A stretch of DNA of 63,946 nt, filler included, from Basidioascus undulatus (Eukaryota), in the NCBI GenBank assembly GCA_000826855.1. It is 3 parts of 3 records of this genome, joined end to end, with 100 filler letters (N's around TTAATTAATTAA, not from the genome) between each part and the next. Parts side by side here need not be neighbours in the genome. Positions count along the whole stretch, not along the records: positions 1 to 21,602 come from JTLS01000328.1; 2 more parts are not named here. One strand, written 5' to 3'. Within the stretch, counting starts at the first letter, position 1, and each line of letters opens with the position of its first letter. A program made the translations under genes and the position numbers. Positions 1-15,375 of this stretch are shown piece by piece. A model generated the notes under the pieces. It worked only from the letters and a program-made list of their open reading frames with translations. It had not been told where the DNA came from and did not search any database.

Positions 1-1142
1 AGGACTTTGGATCGCCTGGGGAGGTCTGGGGCTGCTGCTTGGGAGGGAGGGGGATGAAATAGCCTGGTCTGTGGGGCGATGAGAAGAGGGGGAGAAGGGA
101 GAGAGGGGAGGGACAGACGCGAGCATCACTGGAGGAGGGGGTGAGTTAAAATAGTGGGACGGAGAGGGTGGGATAGGGACTCGCCTTGACGGAGCCAGTG
201 CGGGATGTAGGACTGTGCCTGTCCATACTAGCGTCATCAGCTGCGACATCCGAACTCCAAAAGCCAGCGCAACGCACATATCGGTCCAGCCCGTCCTTCT
301 TCACCTCTCCCCCTCCTCCCGTCGCCTGCGCCTGTGCCGCGAACCTCCCCTCCTCCGCTTTCCCCCCCGTCGAGCTGAGCCCGGGTGGGCGGCTGAACCC
401 CCTCGGCGTCTGCCAGGCGGGGGACTGGTCGGGGACGATCCACCCCTGGCCACCGTTGACGCTGGGTGGCGGGGGCGGGCGGTTGGGGAGGCGGACGCGG
501 GGGCATGTAGGACGTGGTGGGCGCAGAGGAGGAGAAGAGTGGTGTGGAAGTGGACGGCGTAGCGTGCCAGTCGAGTGTGACCTCCTGGGGACTGACGGTC
601 GTCCTTCGCTCGTCGAACGCCCCATCCTTCGCCAAGTCGTGGACCCGTCCGCCCGCAGGCGCCGCCGTCCTGCCCGGGCTCCGTACGCCGACCCCACTCC
701 GCCCACCTCCACCGTTATGCCCGGCTATTGCGACGCCCCTCCCCGCGCCGGGCGCGGCGGAGCCGTCCTTGAGCATGGAGGGGAAGAGGTTGTAGAGGCT
801 CTGCATCTCGCCGGGCTCGCTGCCCCAGCTTTCGCGCGCGCCGACGCCGCCCGCGGGCGAGTCGTGCACGAGCTCGGGCGGGTCCGCCGGCGGCGGCTCA
901 TCCTCGTCGTCGAGGACGGGTGACGTGGGGCTCGAGGGGCGGAGGGCCCATGAGGACTGGCGGGCGGGCTGGGAGGGGAGAGTCGGGGGTGGGGATCCGG
1001 ATGGGAAGAGGAGGAAGTCGTCTGAGAATGTGGGTTCCGTGGAGGATGACAATGCCTGGGCGTATGCCCCGTTGCCTGCCGACGACGACGGCGGGGGCGG
1101 CGCGAAAGAGTCAAAAGAGTCGAGGATGGTGGACGAATCCAT
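1..1142 (-). CDS. Hypothetical low-complexity (Pro/Ser-rich) protein, 3' end outside window
   Basis: ATG at 1142 (MDSSTILDSFDSF...). Open to a GTGCGT...TAG intron (~277-228), then open to the window edge. No recognisable domain. Confidence 0.5.
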
Positions 1143-2029
1143 TGTGAACGCTGGTGCAGGGGGCCTAGAGGAGAGAAGCGATGTCTGCGGAACGCAGACG
1201 ACCAGTGAGCCCCCCCGCGCTATCGCTCCACCGACCACCGAGCAATCTACTCACTCAAATTGCGGCGTCAGCGAATATGCGCGTGTGTGATTATCGAATG
1301 CGACTGCCCAGCGGCCGCGCGAAGTGAACAGAGCCAGTTGAGGGCAGCAGTGGGCGCGAACCGTGGAGAGGGCGTGGTGGGATGGTGAGGGTTTGGTGAT
1401 GGGCGTGGAGGGGAAAGAGAGCTCGGCCTTGATGAAATGACGTTCACGCCTCGCAACCGGCCTATCGCTGGAGTCAGTCCATATTCCACGTGTTTTTTAC
1501 AACACCGTCCACGTCCAGCATACATTCTTTGCTTTCTGTTATTGTCAAGCAGCTTACTCGCTTTTCTATATATTGTAGGTCAGATTGCCCTCGAAAAGCT
1601 AGCAAATTCTTGTCCCGCGCCTCACTGTAGCCTCGAGTCATCGGTACAAGGTGTATCCTGACTCTTTTCAGACACTGCCTCTTCCGTTCCGCCTTGTCAA
1701 CCAACTACTACTCTTTTGTCCCCTTTGTGTACACCTCGTGACTCCAACCAATTCAATATGAGGACGGGACCGCACCGTGCTTGCTCACTGTCGCGCAGCG
1801 TTCCTATACTATGGCCGAGCAGCCTGGCATCAATATTAATGCGTGTTCGCACACACCTGGTAAACTCAGCTGCAATTGATGTTGTTACTGCCCTCATTTG
1901 TCCATTTGAAAGGTGCAGCCAAGCTTAGCATGCGTAGCGTCTGCTCGCGCTGCTCGCGCTAGGGTTCCACATGCCGACATGCACCGTGCAGTTCCTTTAC
2001 TAATTTATTTTGGCCCCGAAATCACATTG

Positions 2030-2101
2030 TCCTCCTTAGCTCAGTGGTAGAGCGCGTCACTAGTAATGACGAGGTCAGTCGTTCAAGTCGGCTAGGAGGA
2101 A
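2030..2101 (+). tRNA. tRNA-Thr(AGT), intronless
   Basis: Full cloverleaf: TCCTCCT/AGGAGGA acceptor, GCTC/GAGC D stem, CGTCA-CTAGTAA-TGACG anticodon arm, AGTCG-TTCAAGT-CGGCT T arm. T-run shortly downstream. Confidence 0.95.
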
Positions 2102-2201
2102 TCTCTTTTAATTAATAATAATCTTTTGCGTGAGCCCACCCCGCACAACCTTTCTTTCGCACACACTTTCTCAATTCAGACCCTGTCAGGCCGTTTGTTG
2201 A

Positions 2202-5383
<3,182 letters not shown>

Positions 5384-5696
5384 GTTTTGACTAGGGCAAC
5401 ATGCATTCTTGGGTAATTGTGCGAATGATTCGAAAGCACTGCGACAATGCGAATGAGTGGTCACAAGCTGGCGCGGCGCGCGGGCGGCTGTTGCTTATTC
5501 GATGCCGGCCTTCATTGGCTGGGAAAGCTGGAGCTGGAATGGAACGTCGCGCTTGCACTCCTCGTCTTCTACCTTCAGGCTTGCAACAAGCACTTCAGCT
5601 CCGCACGCTTGAGAAAAAACGAGAGTGGTGAATGCGTATGGATGCAATGCAGTGTGCCAAGTGCGGTTATGCGGCCTACGTGACAACGGGGGAGGA

Positions 5697-7519
5697 TCAG
5701 GCCAGCGCATCGGTTGAGTCTATCGTCCCGCTGCCAAGGCACCAAGGCCCATCCCAGATCGCCACGATCTGGCCGGGCGCGACGGCCTTCTCAGGCTTGG
5801 GGAACGAGACGGTGTAGGTTTTGTCGGGGCTGCACAGAGAACAACGTCAACCTTCCTTTAGTGATTCGGACAAAGCAGCGACTTACTTTCGCCGAACAAT
5901 GCAGTCCGTTTCTGCCTGCCGATGACGAACTTGGCACCGCACTGCGAGCCCGCCCGGCGAGTCGACCGCCGCGGGAGGGTGGTCGTCCCAGATCCACGTC
6001 CAGTCGCGCGCGATGAGGGAGCTGCAGTACAGGGCGGGGTTGTCGCTGATCCAAGATCCAGCGTTAGCCGAAGCTTGAAGACAATGGTGTGAAAGCGTGG
6101 ATGAGGGAGGAGGACGTACGTGCTGGGGACGATGACGACCTCGTTCGTCTCGTACCGCTTTGCCGCGACGAACCACCGTTCCTTCTGGCTCTGGATCTTG
6201 GCGCCCTGGCCGACAGTGTACTTGTGCAGCCCGGTGTGTTTCCCCATTACGCGGCCGTCGGGCGCAACGAGGTTGCCTTGTCGCGGAGGGACGTAGTCGG
6301 CTGCCAATGCGAAACATATAAGGAAATGGCACGAAAGGGTATGATGAGAGATAAAAGGGGGAGACGTACACAGCCAGTCTCCGAACTTGCCCTTCTCACC
6401 GATGAAGCATACGCCCATCGATTCGGCGCGCGAGGCGGTCGGGAGCTTGAGCGTGTGCGCGAGCGAGCGCACGGACCTCTTGTGCAGATCGCCGAGGGGG
6501 AAGACGGTCTGCAAGTGTATCGAATACATGAGCGAAAGGATGCCGTGAAAATTCCGAAAGGACGTACCCGACGAAATCTCGATTCGGCGACGGATGAAAG
6601 ATAGTATGACTGATCCTTGCTGCTGTCTGCCGCGCGATGAAGCTGTGGGCGGGCGGGAGAGTGGGGCGCAGAGGATGTCCATTGTATTCGAGCGTAATGA
6701 CCTGTAGAGTCCAACTAAAGAGTAAGATTGGCGACTGAGAACAGAATTAGTCGATCGGACGGACCGGTGGCGATCCACGCGGAGGGAGAAGGCAGCGCGC
6801 GATCCATGAGCGCGCCGAACTTGATTTCTCTATAACAGACGAATTGAATGAGCAACTGCATGAAATTCAAGGGAGTGAATCGACGTACTTGTTGCAGTGC
6901 ACGTCTGGGTTTGGGGTCCCGCCCTCATTCCAGGTGGCAAGCGCAGGCTCCCAGACTTGATGCCAGTATTCCCTCGACAGGTCGACCTGTAAAACACCGC
7001 TTTGCCTCAGCTACCAAATTAAGGCCCTTGGTATCACGGTTCCGTACCATGGTGGTGGGTATGTCCAGCTGTCGGCATACGAGTCTGACGTCCTCCCAGT
7101 CTTTCTCCCACTCGCATCCCCCTCGATCGGAATCACCGAGCTCGTCTCGCGTGTCCCAATTGCGCATGAAGACGGCGGAGAGATCGAAGTCCTGTTCCGA
7201 ATGGAGATCAGTTACTGCGGTACTATTGTACAGCTTGGAGAGACAGACTTGTTGAGCGAGAAGAGCAGCTGCGACCGAAGAGTCTACGCCGCCGGACATG
7301 GCGATAACGACTGCATCAAACGATTGGGGTAAGCTCCGAAGAGTTGAGGTCAACGACAGGTAAAATACCCTTGTCGCCCTTTCGAGGGATCCCTGGAGGA
7401 TCGGAGGATCCGAAAAGAGGTGAGCGCTGCTGCGACGCGTATGAGCGCAGCGAAGAACGGCGCGCGACGGCTGCCGCCCGCGATGCTATGATCGAGGCAT
7501 GATGAAGAGCACTAGACAT
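5697..7519 (-). CDS. SLM3: Mitochondrial tRNA-specific 2-thiouridylase (MnmA/MTU1/TRMU), multi-exon
   Basis: Presequence-like N-terminus, then [50 protein letters not shown] and C-terminal [11 protein letters not shown]...CLGSG. Confidence 0.92.
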
Positions 7520-7805
7520 CTCTGAGTGTGAGATGCTAGGCGAGCGTGTCAGTAACGAAACGGATAAGCTGATGTTCAGAGTCCAAGAAAAAACGGCTGA
7601 GCGGGACGAAGGAAGAAGACACTCAGTGCGGACTGACCGCGGACGAGCCGGGTTTGACGTCCGTCGCGTGCCTTGACAGATCGCGCTCCTCCGCACAACA
7701 ACAAGCTTCCTTCCCGGCCATCACTGTCTCTCTTGAATATTTGTCGTCTCGCAGCTGACTCTGCTTCTTCTTGCTTAATTTTTACGCTCTTCTGTATCCA
7801 CGGCG

Positions 7806-10242
7806 ATGGCGACGACCCCCGGCCGACGGCGGGAGAACAAGTTCCACGAGCCAGGCGTAGCGGGAAGGTCAGTCGCAGAAGACAAGACGCGTACCTAGCG
7901 CGTCCTCCTGTGCAGCGCAGGGCTGATGTGGTGCCGGACCGCGTCGCAGGAAGACGGGTATTCGCATCGGCGAGGTGGAGAAGGACGCCGAGGGCTTCGA
8001 GGACCTCGACGCATTCTTCAGAAGCCCCGGCGGCACGGCGGCGCCAAAGTCGTCGCCGCGTCGCGGGCCCGCGGGCAGGCTGGGTCAGGGCAGGTCAGAC
8101 GAGAGCTTGGAGGAGGAGATTGAGCGGACGGTGAACGACACCGGTGTCTCGATGGACTTGGAGACGAGTGAGTGATCTTCCCAGTCGGGCGTGATGGAGC
8201 ATACTCGCGCTTACAGGAGTGGCTTGCAGGCGACCCCATCTCACCCTTCGTCGCCCAATCACGGAGTTCGTTACACCACAACTCTCTCCAGCTACCACTC
8301 TGACAGGTCCCCTGCAAATCAGATCCACCCTCTTCCCATCGCCGACTCTCCAATGACGACCCCGACGTCGACTACGACGAGCCCCCTCCACCGCAGCCCG
8401 CTCGCTCCCCTGCCCCCGCTCGCAAGCGACTGAGCGCCGCGGCTATCCGCGCTCTGGAAGACGATCCTGCAGACCAGCACGGCGAAGAGGAGGACGAGGA
8501 ACCGAGCACGCTGCCGCAAAGCAGTCTCACGCAGCGGCGGCAGCAACAGCAGCTGCCCGCGCGCGCTGCGGCCCTCACCGCCTCTGCCAAGAAGCGCAAG
8601 TCGCTCGGCGCGAACGCATTCCCCATATCCTCGCCCTCGCGCGTCGAGCAGGCGGTCGGCGGACTGCAGCCCGAGGTGGACGCGGAGGTGGAGGAGAAAG
8701 AGGAGGTGGAGGAGCGCGCGGCGGTGAGCAAACCGCGCGCCAAGCCGACGGGTGGGAAGGGAAAAGGCAAAAAGGCCGCCTCGCCATCGCCCGCCGCCAG
8801 TCCGAAGCGTAGCGGACGGGCGCGGCCGAAGGGCGAGGGCAAGGCAAAGGCGAAGGCGCCGTCACCGTCACCGTCACCGTCACCTTCCCCGACGCCCGAG
8901 GAGGAGGACGAGTCCGACGTGGAGGCCGAGGAGCGCGCCGTCGCCGGGCTGTCGGATGTCGAGGAGGAGGAGGAAGGGGAGGAGGAGGACCTTGCGCCTA
9001 AGCGGAAACGGGCGAAGAAGGCGCAGCCCGCCGCGAAGCCCAAGTCCAAGCCCAAAGCGAACACGCGCTCCAAGAAGGTCGAGCCCGCCGCGCCCGCAAC
9101 GAAGCGCAGTCGACCTCCGCCCTCCTCCAGTTCCCGTCGCGAGCCCGCGCTCCCTTCCGGTTCCCAGCCTCAGAAAGTTGGGCGTTTGCGTGAGTCTCCG
9201 TCGTCTCCGTGCTATGCGCCGTTCTGATTTGCGTTGTTTCTCATTTCCAGAATCCGAGACGCCCGATCCCGAAGTCTCCCAAGGCCTGAGACGCTCCGGC
9301 CGCGCGCGCATGGCCCCGCTCGCTGGCTGGAAGCTCGAACGCGTCGACTTCGAGGGCAACGTCTATCGCACTCCGGAGCCGGACATGGAGCACAAACCGG
9401 CACGTGCCAAGCGGCGCGCACCGGCGCGTGACCGCGGCGCGAGTGTCAGCGCGCCGATGGAGCCGCCAGACATCGCACCCGAGGAGGGATGGGATGCGAA
9501 GACGGACCCGATGGGGATCGTTATCGACTACGAGACGGGCCAGGAGCATCAGCGGCGTGAGTGCTGCGCGCTTCGTGTCCATTCCCGTCGTTGATGCTGA
9601 GGCGGAGGGCTTGGGGGATAGGGATCGCCTTCACGTCGGCTATGGTCCAGCCGCGCGAGACGTTCAACAGCGAGTTCCGGTTCCAGAAGATCTTCGGCGA
9701 CGGCGAGTTCTGCGCCGCGGGCATGCTCGTCATACCCAAGGGCAGCACCAAGCCGCCCAAGCCTGCGCGCGACAATACTTACGTCCGTCTTCGCTTAGTT
9801 TATCTCATCTTGCATTGACCGTCGACTGATTCATGATCGCGTTTACAACAGGTCTTCTTCATGATCGAAGGCGCCGCCCGCATCACCGTCCACCGCACAA
9901 GCTTCGTCATCGCGCCCGGCGGCATGTGGATCGTTCCTCGCGGTACGCGCTTCTCCCACATTTCTCCCAAAGTCCTCATTCGGCTCTCGCTGATACTCAT
10001 TCTGCCGCGCACCGCCAGGAAACCACTACCAGATCGAGAACATGTGCGAGCGCGACGTCAAGATCTTCTTCTCGCAGGCGCGCATGGTACAGGTTCAAGC
10101 GTTCGACGGCGAGGAGGAAGAGGGAGAGTGGGAGGAAGAGTCGGGAGGGGAAGCGGGCGAGGAGCAGGAAGAGGAGCAGGAAGAAGAGGAAGAGGAGGAA
10201 CCGCCGAAGAAGAAGAAAGCTGGCGGGCGGGCAGGACGATAG
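7806..10242 (+). CDS. MIF2: Inner kinetochore protein CENP-C (Mif2/Cnp3), multi-exon
   Basis: Mif2_N-like GRKTG...DAEGFEDLDAFF. CENP-C motif LRRSGRARMAPLAGWKLER. C-terminal cupin FQKIFGDGEFCAAGMLVIP...KPPKPARDNTYVFFMIEG...VPRGNHYQIEN...KIFFSQAR. Confidence 0.88.
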
Positions 10243-10574
10243 CTTCAGTTCTTTCGGGAGTACTTGTATGGGTGTCCGACTTGCTATGTTGTATCATCGT
10301 ATCTTTCACTGTCAAACTTCATGTTTGCGTTGTGTCTGCGACCGACTCGCATGGGCTGATGCTGCTGGGCGCGTTGGAATGTAAAAGCTTGACTGCACAG
10401 CGCGTCGCGCGCGAGTCTTCTCGAGATCAGCCCATCTTCCCGCTTGGCTTCTTTGGTGTCCCGTCCGTCTTGGTTGTTTCGCCCGCCCGCCTTCTTCGTC
10501 TCTCGTTGAGTCGTTTTCTCTACCGTATACCCTCTCCGTCTTATACCCCGGCAATCCGGGTTTCGATCGACACC

Positions 10575-11622
10575 ATGGCATCCAAGAACAAGAGCCGCGC
10601 TGGCCGGACGACGTCTTCTCTCCCCGCTCCCCGCCGCTCCTCGAAGTGGATCGTCCTCTCGACAATTCTCGCCGTCATCGCTGTCGCGTACAATGTGCTC
10701 GACCGCATGCTCGTGGGTCTTTTCGCCGGCATTCCCACGGAAAGGCCTGACCCGGGGCCGACGAAACGCAACAGGACCAGTTCTACATCTTCACTCCTCA
10801 AGAGCTGCACTCGCTCGCTCAGAGCGCGATTACGAAGCACCCTAACAACACGCGCGCCGTCATCGACGAGATCGTTTCGACGCTCAGCGAGAGCCACGGG
10901 CGTACGGTGAACACGAACGAGGAGTGGATCTTCAACAACGCTGGCGGTGCGATGGGCTCCATGTACATCATCCGTGAGTCTCTTCCTCTCGCCTGGGTCA
11001 TTTTGAGGAAGGTCTGATGGAATTGGGAGGGGACAGACGCCAGCGTCACTGAGTAGTGAGTCCGCATGCGGTCGGCTGCGGCAGCCTTAGGTCGGAGAGC
11101 TGACGGAGGGCGGGGGCGAGCGTAGTCTGATCATCTTCGGCACTGCGGTTGGCACCGAGGGCCACACTGGCCGTCACACCGCCGACGACTACTTCCACAT
11201 CCTTGAGGGCGAGCAGTGGGCGTACAAGGCCGACGCGCTTACCAAGGAGGTGCGTCTTCTATTCACCTCCCAGGGCGGTCTCCCAGCTCAGAATTAACCG
11301 CGTCTGCCTTCCCTTGCAGGTCTACCCTGCCGGGTCAGTGCACCACCTCGTCCGCGGCGAGGTCAAGCAGTACTCCATGCCGGACACCTGCTGGGCGATG
11401 GAGTACGCTCGTGGTGTGTGGTCTTCCAGCAGTCCACCCTTTCAATCGCACGCTGCATCTCGCTCACGTTTTCCTTTCCTGGATTGAGGCTGGATCCCTC
11501 CTATGCTGCCGTTCGGGTTTGCCGACACTTTCTTCTCGACGCTCGACTTCCCCACCCTCTACCACACCGTCCGCATCACCGGCCGCGAGATCATCCGGAA
11601 CCTGCTTGCGGGCAAGTTCTGA
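10575..11622 (+). CDS. ERG2: C-8 sterol isomerase, multi-exon
   Basis: N-terminal TM, then [72 protein letters not shown]. Confidence 0.95.
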
Positions 11623-12594
11623 GCTCGCGGACGATGTTGAGGCTGCGAGAGAAGAGCAGTTCCTTCGTGGGCCCAGAGCGCCCATGGAGGGGGCGCCGGT
11701 GCGAGGAGTAGAAAGGGTCGGGGAGGCACTAGGGCGACTGGGGCGGCAGTCGCCCGAATGTGGAACGGAACGAGTCGGATTTCCTTGCTTATAATGCACG
11801 ATACCCATACCTTTCGACAGGGTCTTGCGAGTATTATGGCTTGTGTCAACTTTTTTCATCGTTCGCGACCAGCTTGGTTGCACTGTGGAAAACCAGGCGC
11901 CATGGAAGAGTGTCTTGCAGGGCTCGACCCATGTCGGTCAATTAAGCTGGCATGGGAAGCTACCATCAAGAGATATATCAAAGAGCGCCACGTTCCTATA
12001 ATCTCTTGAATTGATGAGAGTATTCGCATTTGCTGAGGCTTTTTGGGAGTGCTGAGGCCAATGAGACAGTCCACCTCGGCGTCCGCGTTTCAGATACTTC
12101 AAAGAGGCCCGTGTTTCACCCATAACTCACTGCATGCGTGGCAACTGTGTTTGTGCTTCGATCCTGAGGTTAACATCAGCGCTCGAGCCCTGTACGAAGC
12201 CTGCGCCAAGGAAAGCGAGGGTCGCCGCAAGTCGTCGTTGGTATACCATTCATGACCCACTTACTCGCTGTGCTATCCTTCCGCTCTGAACATCGCGACG
12301 TCCATACCTTCGTGATTGCGGACGTAGACGGCCGCCTTCTCTCCATTATAATATACGCAAATGAAACCCGACCCCCATGTCTGATTCTATGCGAGGCACG
12401 GGAAACTGAAATGCCTTTTCTCCAAACGGTATTCCGTGCGCCCTTGCAGCGGGAGCTGACGTGAGCTACTCTCCCAGCTCTGTCAACACGTGCAGCCTTG
12501 GAAGCTGATGATGATCGAACAGTATTCGTGCTCTTGCGCTCCTCGTCCTTGCTCTCACCATCAACCTTCCGAGAGCGTTAGCATACCCGTCACG

Positions 12595-13857
12595 ATGAGC
12601 CAGTCCCTCGATGTCAACGATTTGTTTGGTGTCAAGGACAAGGTAGTCTTGGTGACCGGTAAGACTTTGAACTGCTCTTCAAGCCCGCAGATTAACGAAT
12701 TTCCTCGTCTTCCTCTCCTCCAGGTGGCGCAACAGGTATCGGGCGGATGGTCAGCTGTCTGCCATTGACCGGCGACTTTCCGAGAAGGCGACACTCATAT
12801 GTCTAACCCCGACTCCAGATCGCCGACGGGTTCGTTCGCAACGGTGCTAAGGTTTATATTGCCTCTCGTACTCTCAAGAGTCTCGAGGCTACCGCCGCCG
12901 AGCTCAACGCCGTCGGACCTGGAACATGCATCCCGCTCGCTCTTGACTTGCTCGCGCCTGTTGAGCACATTGAGAAGTTCGTTAAGGAGCTGGCGCAGAA
13001 GGAGCAAGGTCCGTCCCTTTTCTTTACACATTTCCACTGTACGTCGAGACTGACGAGAACCGCTATACAGCGCTGAACGTGCTCGTCAACAACGCGGGCG
13101 CAATCCTTCCTGAAACCAACTTTGAGGGGTACCCGGACGTAAGATTATGTGTCTGCTTTACCTCACTTTGTTTAATCTACTAACGCTTTTTTGGGGGGTG
13201 TCCCATAGAGGGCCTGGGCGGAGATCCTCACGGTCGACCTCCAGCGAGTCTTCACCCTCACCCAGAAGCTGCTCCCACTCCTCACTGCCGGTGCCGCTCA
13301 AGGCACCGGACGGATCATTAACGTTCGCCTCTTTCGCTCTTCAACGATCCGCTACAGCTGACTCACAGAGACGTTATTCCGTTAGATTGGCTCTACTACG
13401 GGCGAGAACATATCACCTTTCGGTTTCTGGGCGTACGGGGTGGCCAAGGCGGGGTTGCACCAACTCTCCCGCGTGCTCGCAGGTCACCTTGCCGAGCGGA
13501 GAATCACATCCAATACCCTCGCTTGCGGACCTTTCCTTTCCCAGAGTGCGTGCGCTTCCTGCCCTTGCTCGAGCTGTAGGCTGAGGATGCACCCGCGGTA
13601 CAGTGACTGGACCGCTTTTCGAGGGGCAGCTGGACCACATCGGAGCAGCAATTCCTCTGGGGCGTGTGGGTGCCCCGCACGATGTTGCCGCCGCCTCCCT
13701 TTGGCTTGCTGGAAAGGGCGGAGAATGGATCACAGGGTACTTAGGAACTCCCACAATCTTCGTCAGGGAAACAGAATTGCTGACATTTTCGGCGATAACC
13801 CACAGGGCGACTATTCCCCTCGCTGGTGGTATCCTGGTCGCTAAGGCCAACATGTAG
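12595..13857 (+). CDS. Short-chain dehydrogenase/reductase (classical SDR), multi-exon
   Basis: VVLVTGGATGIG (TGxxxGxG), VLVNNAG, catalytic YGVAK (YxxxK), IPLGRVG...WITG. Confidence 0.9.
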
Positions 13858-14657
13858 TTCACTTTGGATTGATAAGTCGATGACTGCATCTCCAATTGGC
13901 GGTCTAACGACGACCTGGTTGCGGTGTTTGCCGAGCGTCACAAATCACAACACCTGTGGGCTTTCTGCCTGCAAACTGACATTCAGGTGGGAGAAGCTGT
14001 CGTCTCGTACGACAACTTTACAGTTGGATACTGGCCCCCTTCAAGTGGAGTCTTTTATTGATATTGAGGAGAACTGGAGCTTCCACAAAAGGTCTGTCGC
14101 GAGATAGTGTTCCGACCCCAATCAAACACATTTCTCATGAAGTACCTTTGGGCAACAGACATTGGCACCTACATTTTGCCACTCGGAAGTCGTCTCTAAT
14201 AGGCTGTGTGCTTTGTTCGAACCGAGACAATCACTGATGAGTCCAGTACCGGTACCCTTCTTTTACCTCAAAATGCGTGAGAAGCTACAAAGACTTGTCA
14301 AAGCTCAGTTTGACAGCTACACGGACGGCTGGTGCGCTTCAATTCGACGTGTTATGAATCAGAATTGTAGCATTCAGGACAGACCGTCACCGACGATTGT
14401 GCCTAAAAAAAAAAAAGGAGTTCGGTCTGTTCAAATGATAGTCAACACATGACTGGCCATGCGAAGCATTCCACAGACTGTGCCGGCACCCCCGCGAGCT
14501 TAGAAGAGCAGCAGGCTAAGTGTGTCGGAGTCACCGGCCGGGGAGTCGGGAGTCACCCTTTTCCCGCTCTTCCCTGCCGCGCCTCGTGCCGCTGGTCCGC
14601 CCATTACCACGTCCAGCCCTCACTCTTCCATCGCGTCGCTTCAGGATATCGATCTAA

Positions 14658-14975
14658 ATGCCTTTCCTCCTTGAGTTCCCGAACGAGATTCTTTTCGAAA
14701 CCCTCTCTCTCGCCTACAGGGTCGACTTCAAGCTCGTAGACCACATGCCACAGCAGAAGGCTTCATCGTCACTCTCAAGGGGCCCGGGGCGTATCGCTGG
14801 TCTTACGATTTGGAAGCGGTTCAACTCGATCGTGCAGCCCGCACATCTTCTATGGAACCATCAGAGTGATGACCGCAGCACAGCGCAATGCGCTTTGCCT
14901 TTACGGCATCGAGGGAGGCGCCGCGTCCTGTCGTTCCTTCATCATCCGAGCGCATCTCAGCCCATCGACAGTTTG
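14658..14975 (+). pseudogene. F-box-like gene 5' fragment, frameshifted and truncated
   Basis: MPFLLEFPNEILFETL resembles an F-box start. A frameshift near 14838 restores QPHIFYGTI. The sequence then runs into a recombinase fragment. Confidence 0.45.
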
Positions 14976-15000
14976 AATGATGTTGGGCATCTGTTCCAAC

Positions 15001-15375
15001 TTGATGTGCCTCCCATGGACAAAGACGACAAAGGAGCGTGGCCGCGAGGTCACGCTCGGCCGCCGCGCAGACTCGCTCAATGCCATGGCTGCCATCGATG
15101 AGCACCTGGCCGCCAACGCCCTTCTCCCAGGCGAAGACGCTCGCCGGACGCCATTCTTCGCTTACCGCACCGCGCGCGGCCTCGGGGACCTCTCGAACAA
15201 GGTGTTCCTCATGCGTTGCGCCAAGGTCTGACGTGCCGCCGAGCTCGAGGACCTCCCCAGCCACTCCTTCCGCATCGGGGGACGACCGAGCACCTCCTCG
15301 AACGGGGTGCCGGAGGAGAAGGTCCGCATACTCAGCCGCTGGACGTCAGCAGCGTGGGAGCTCCTCGGCCCTTTT
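15001..15375 (+). mobile_element. Degenerate tyrosine-recombinase fragment of a DIRS/Ngaro-like retroelement
   Basis: LPWTKTT...GREVTL...HL..N...PFFAY...FLMRC, then HSFRIGGTT and (after a frameshift) GVPEEKVRILSRW. In-frame TGA at 15229-15231. No catalytic Tyr seen. Confidence 0.8.
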
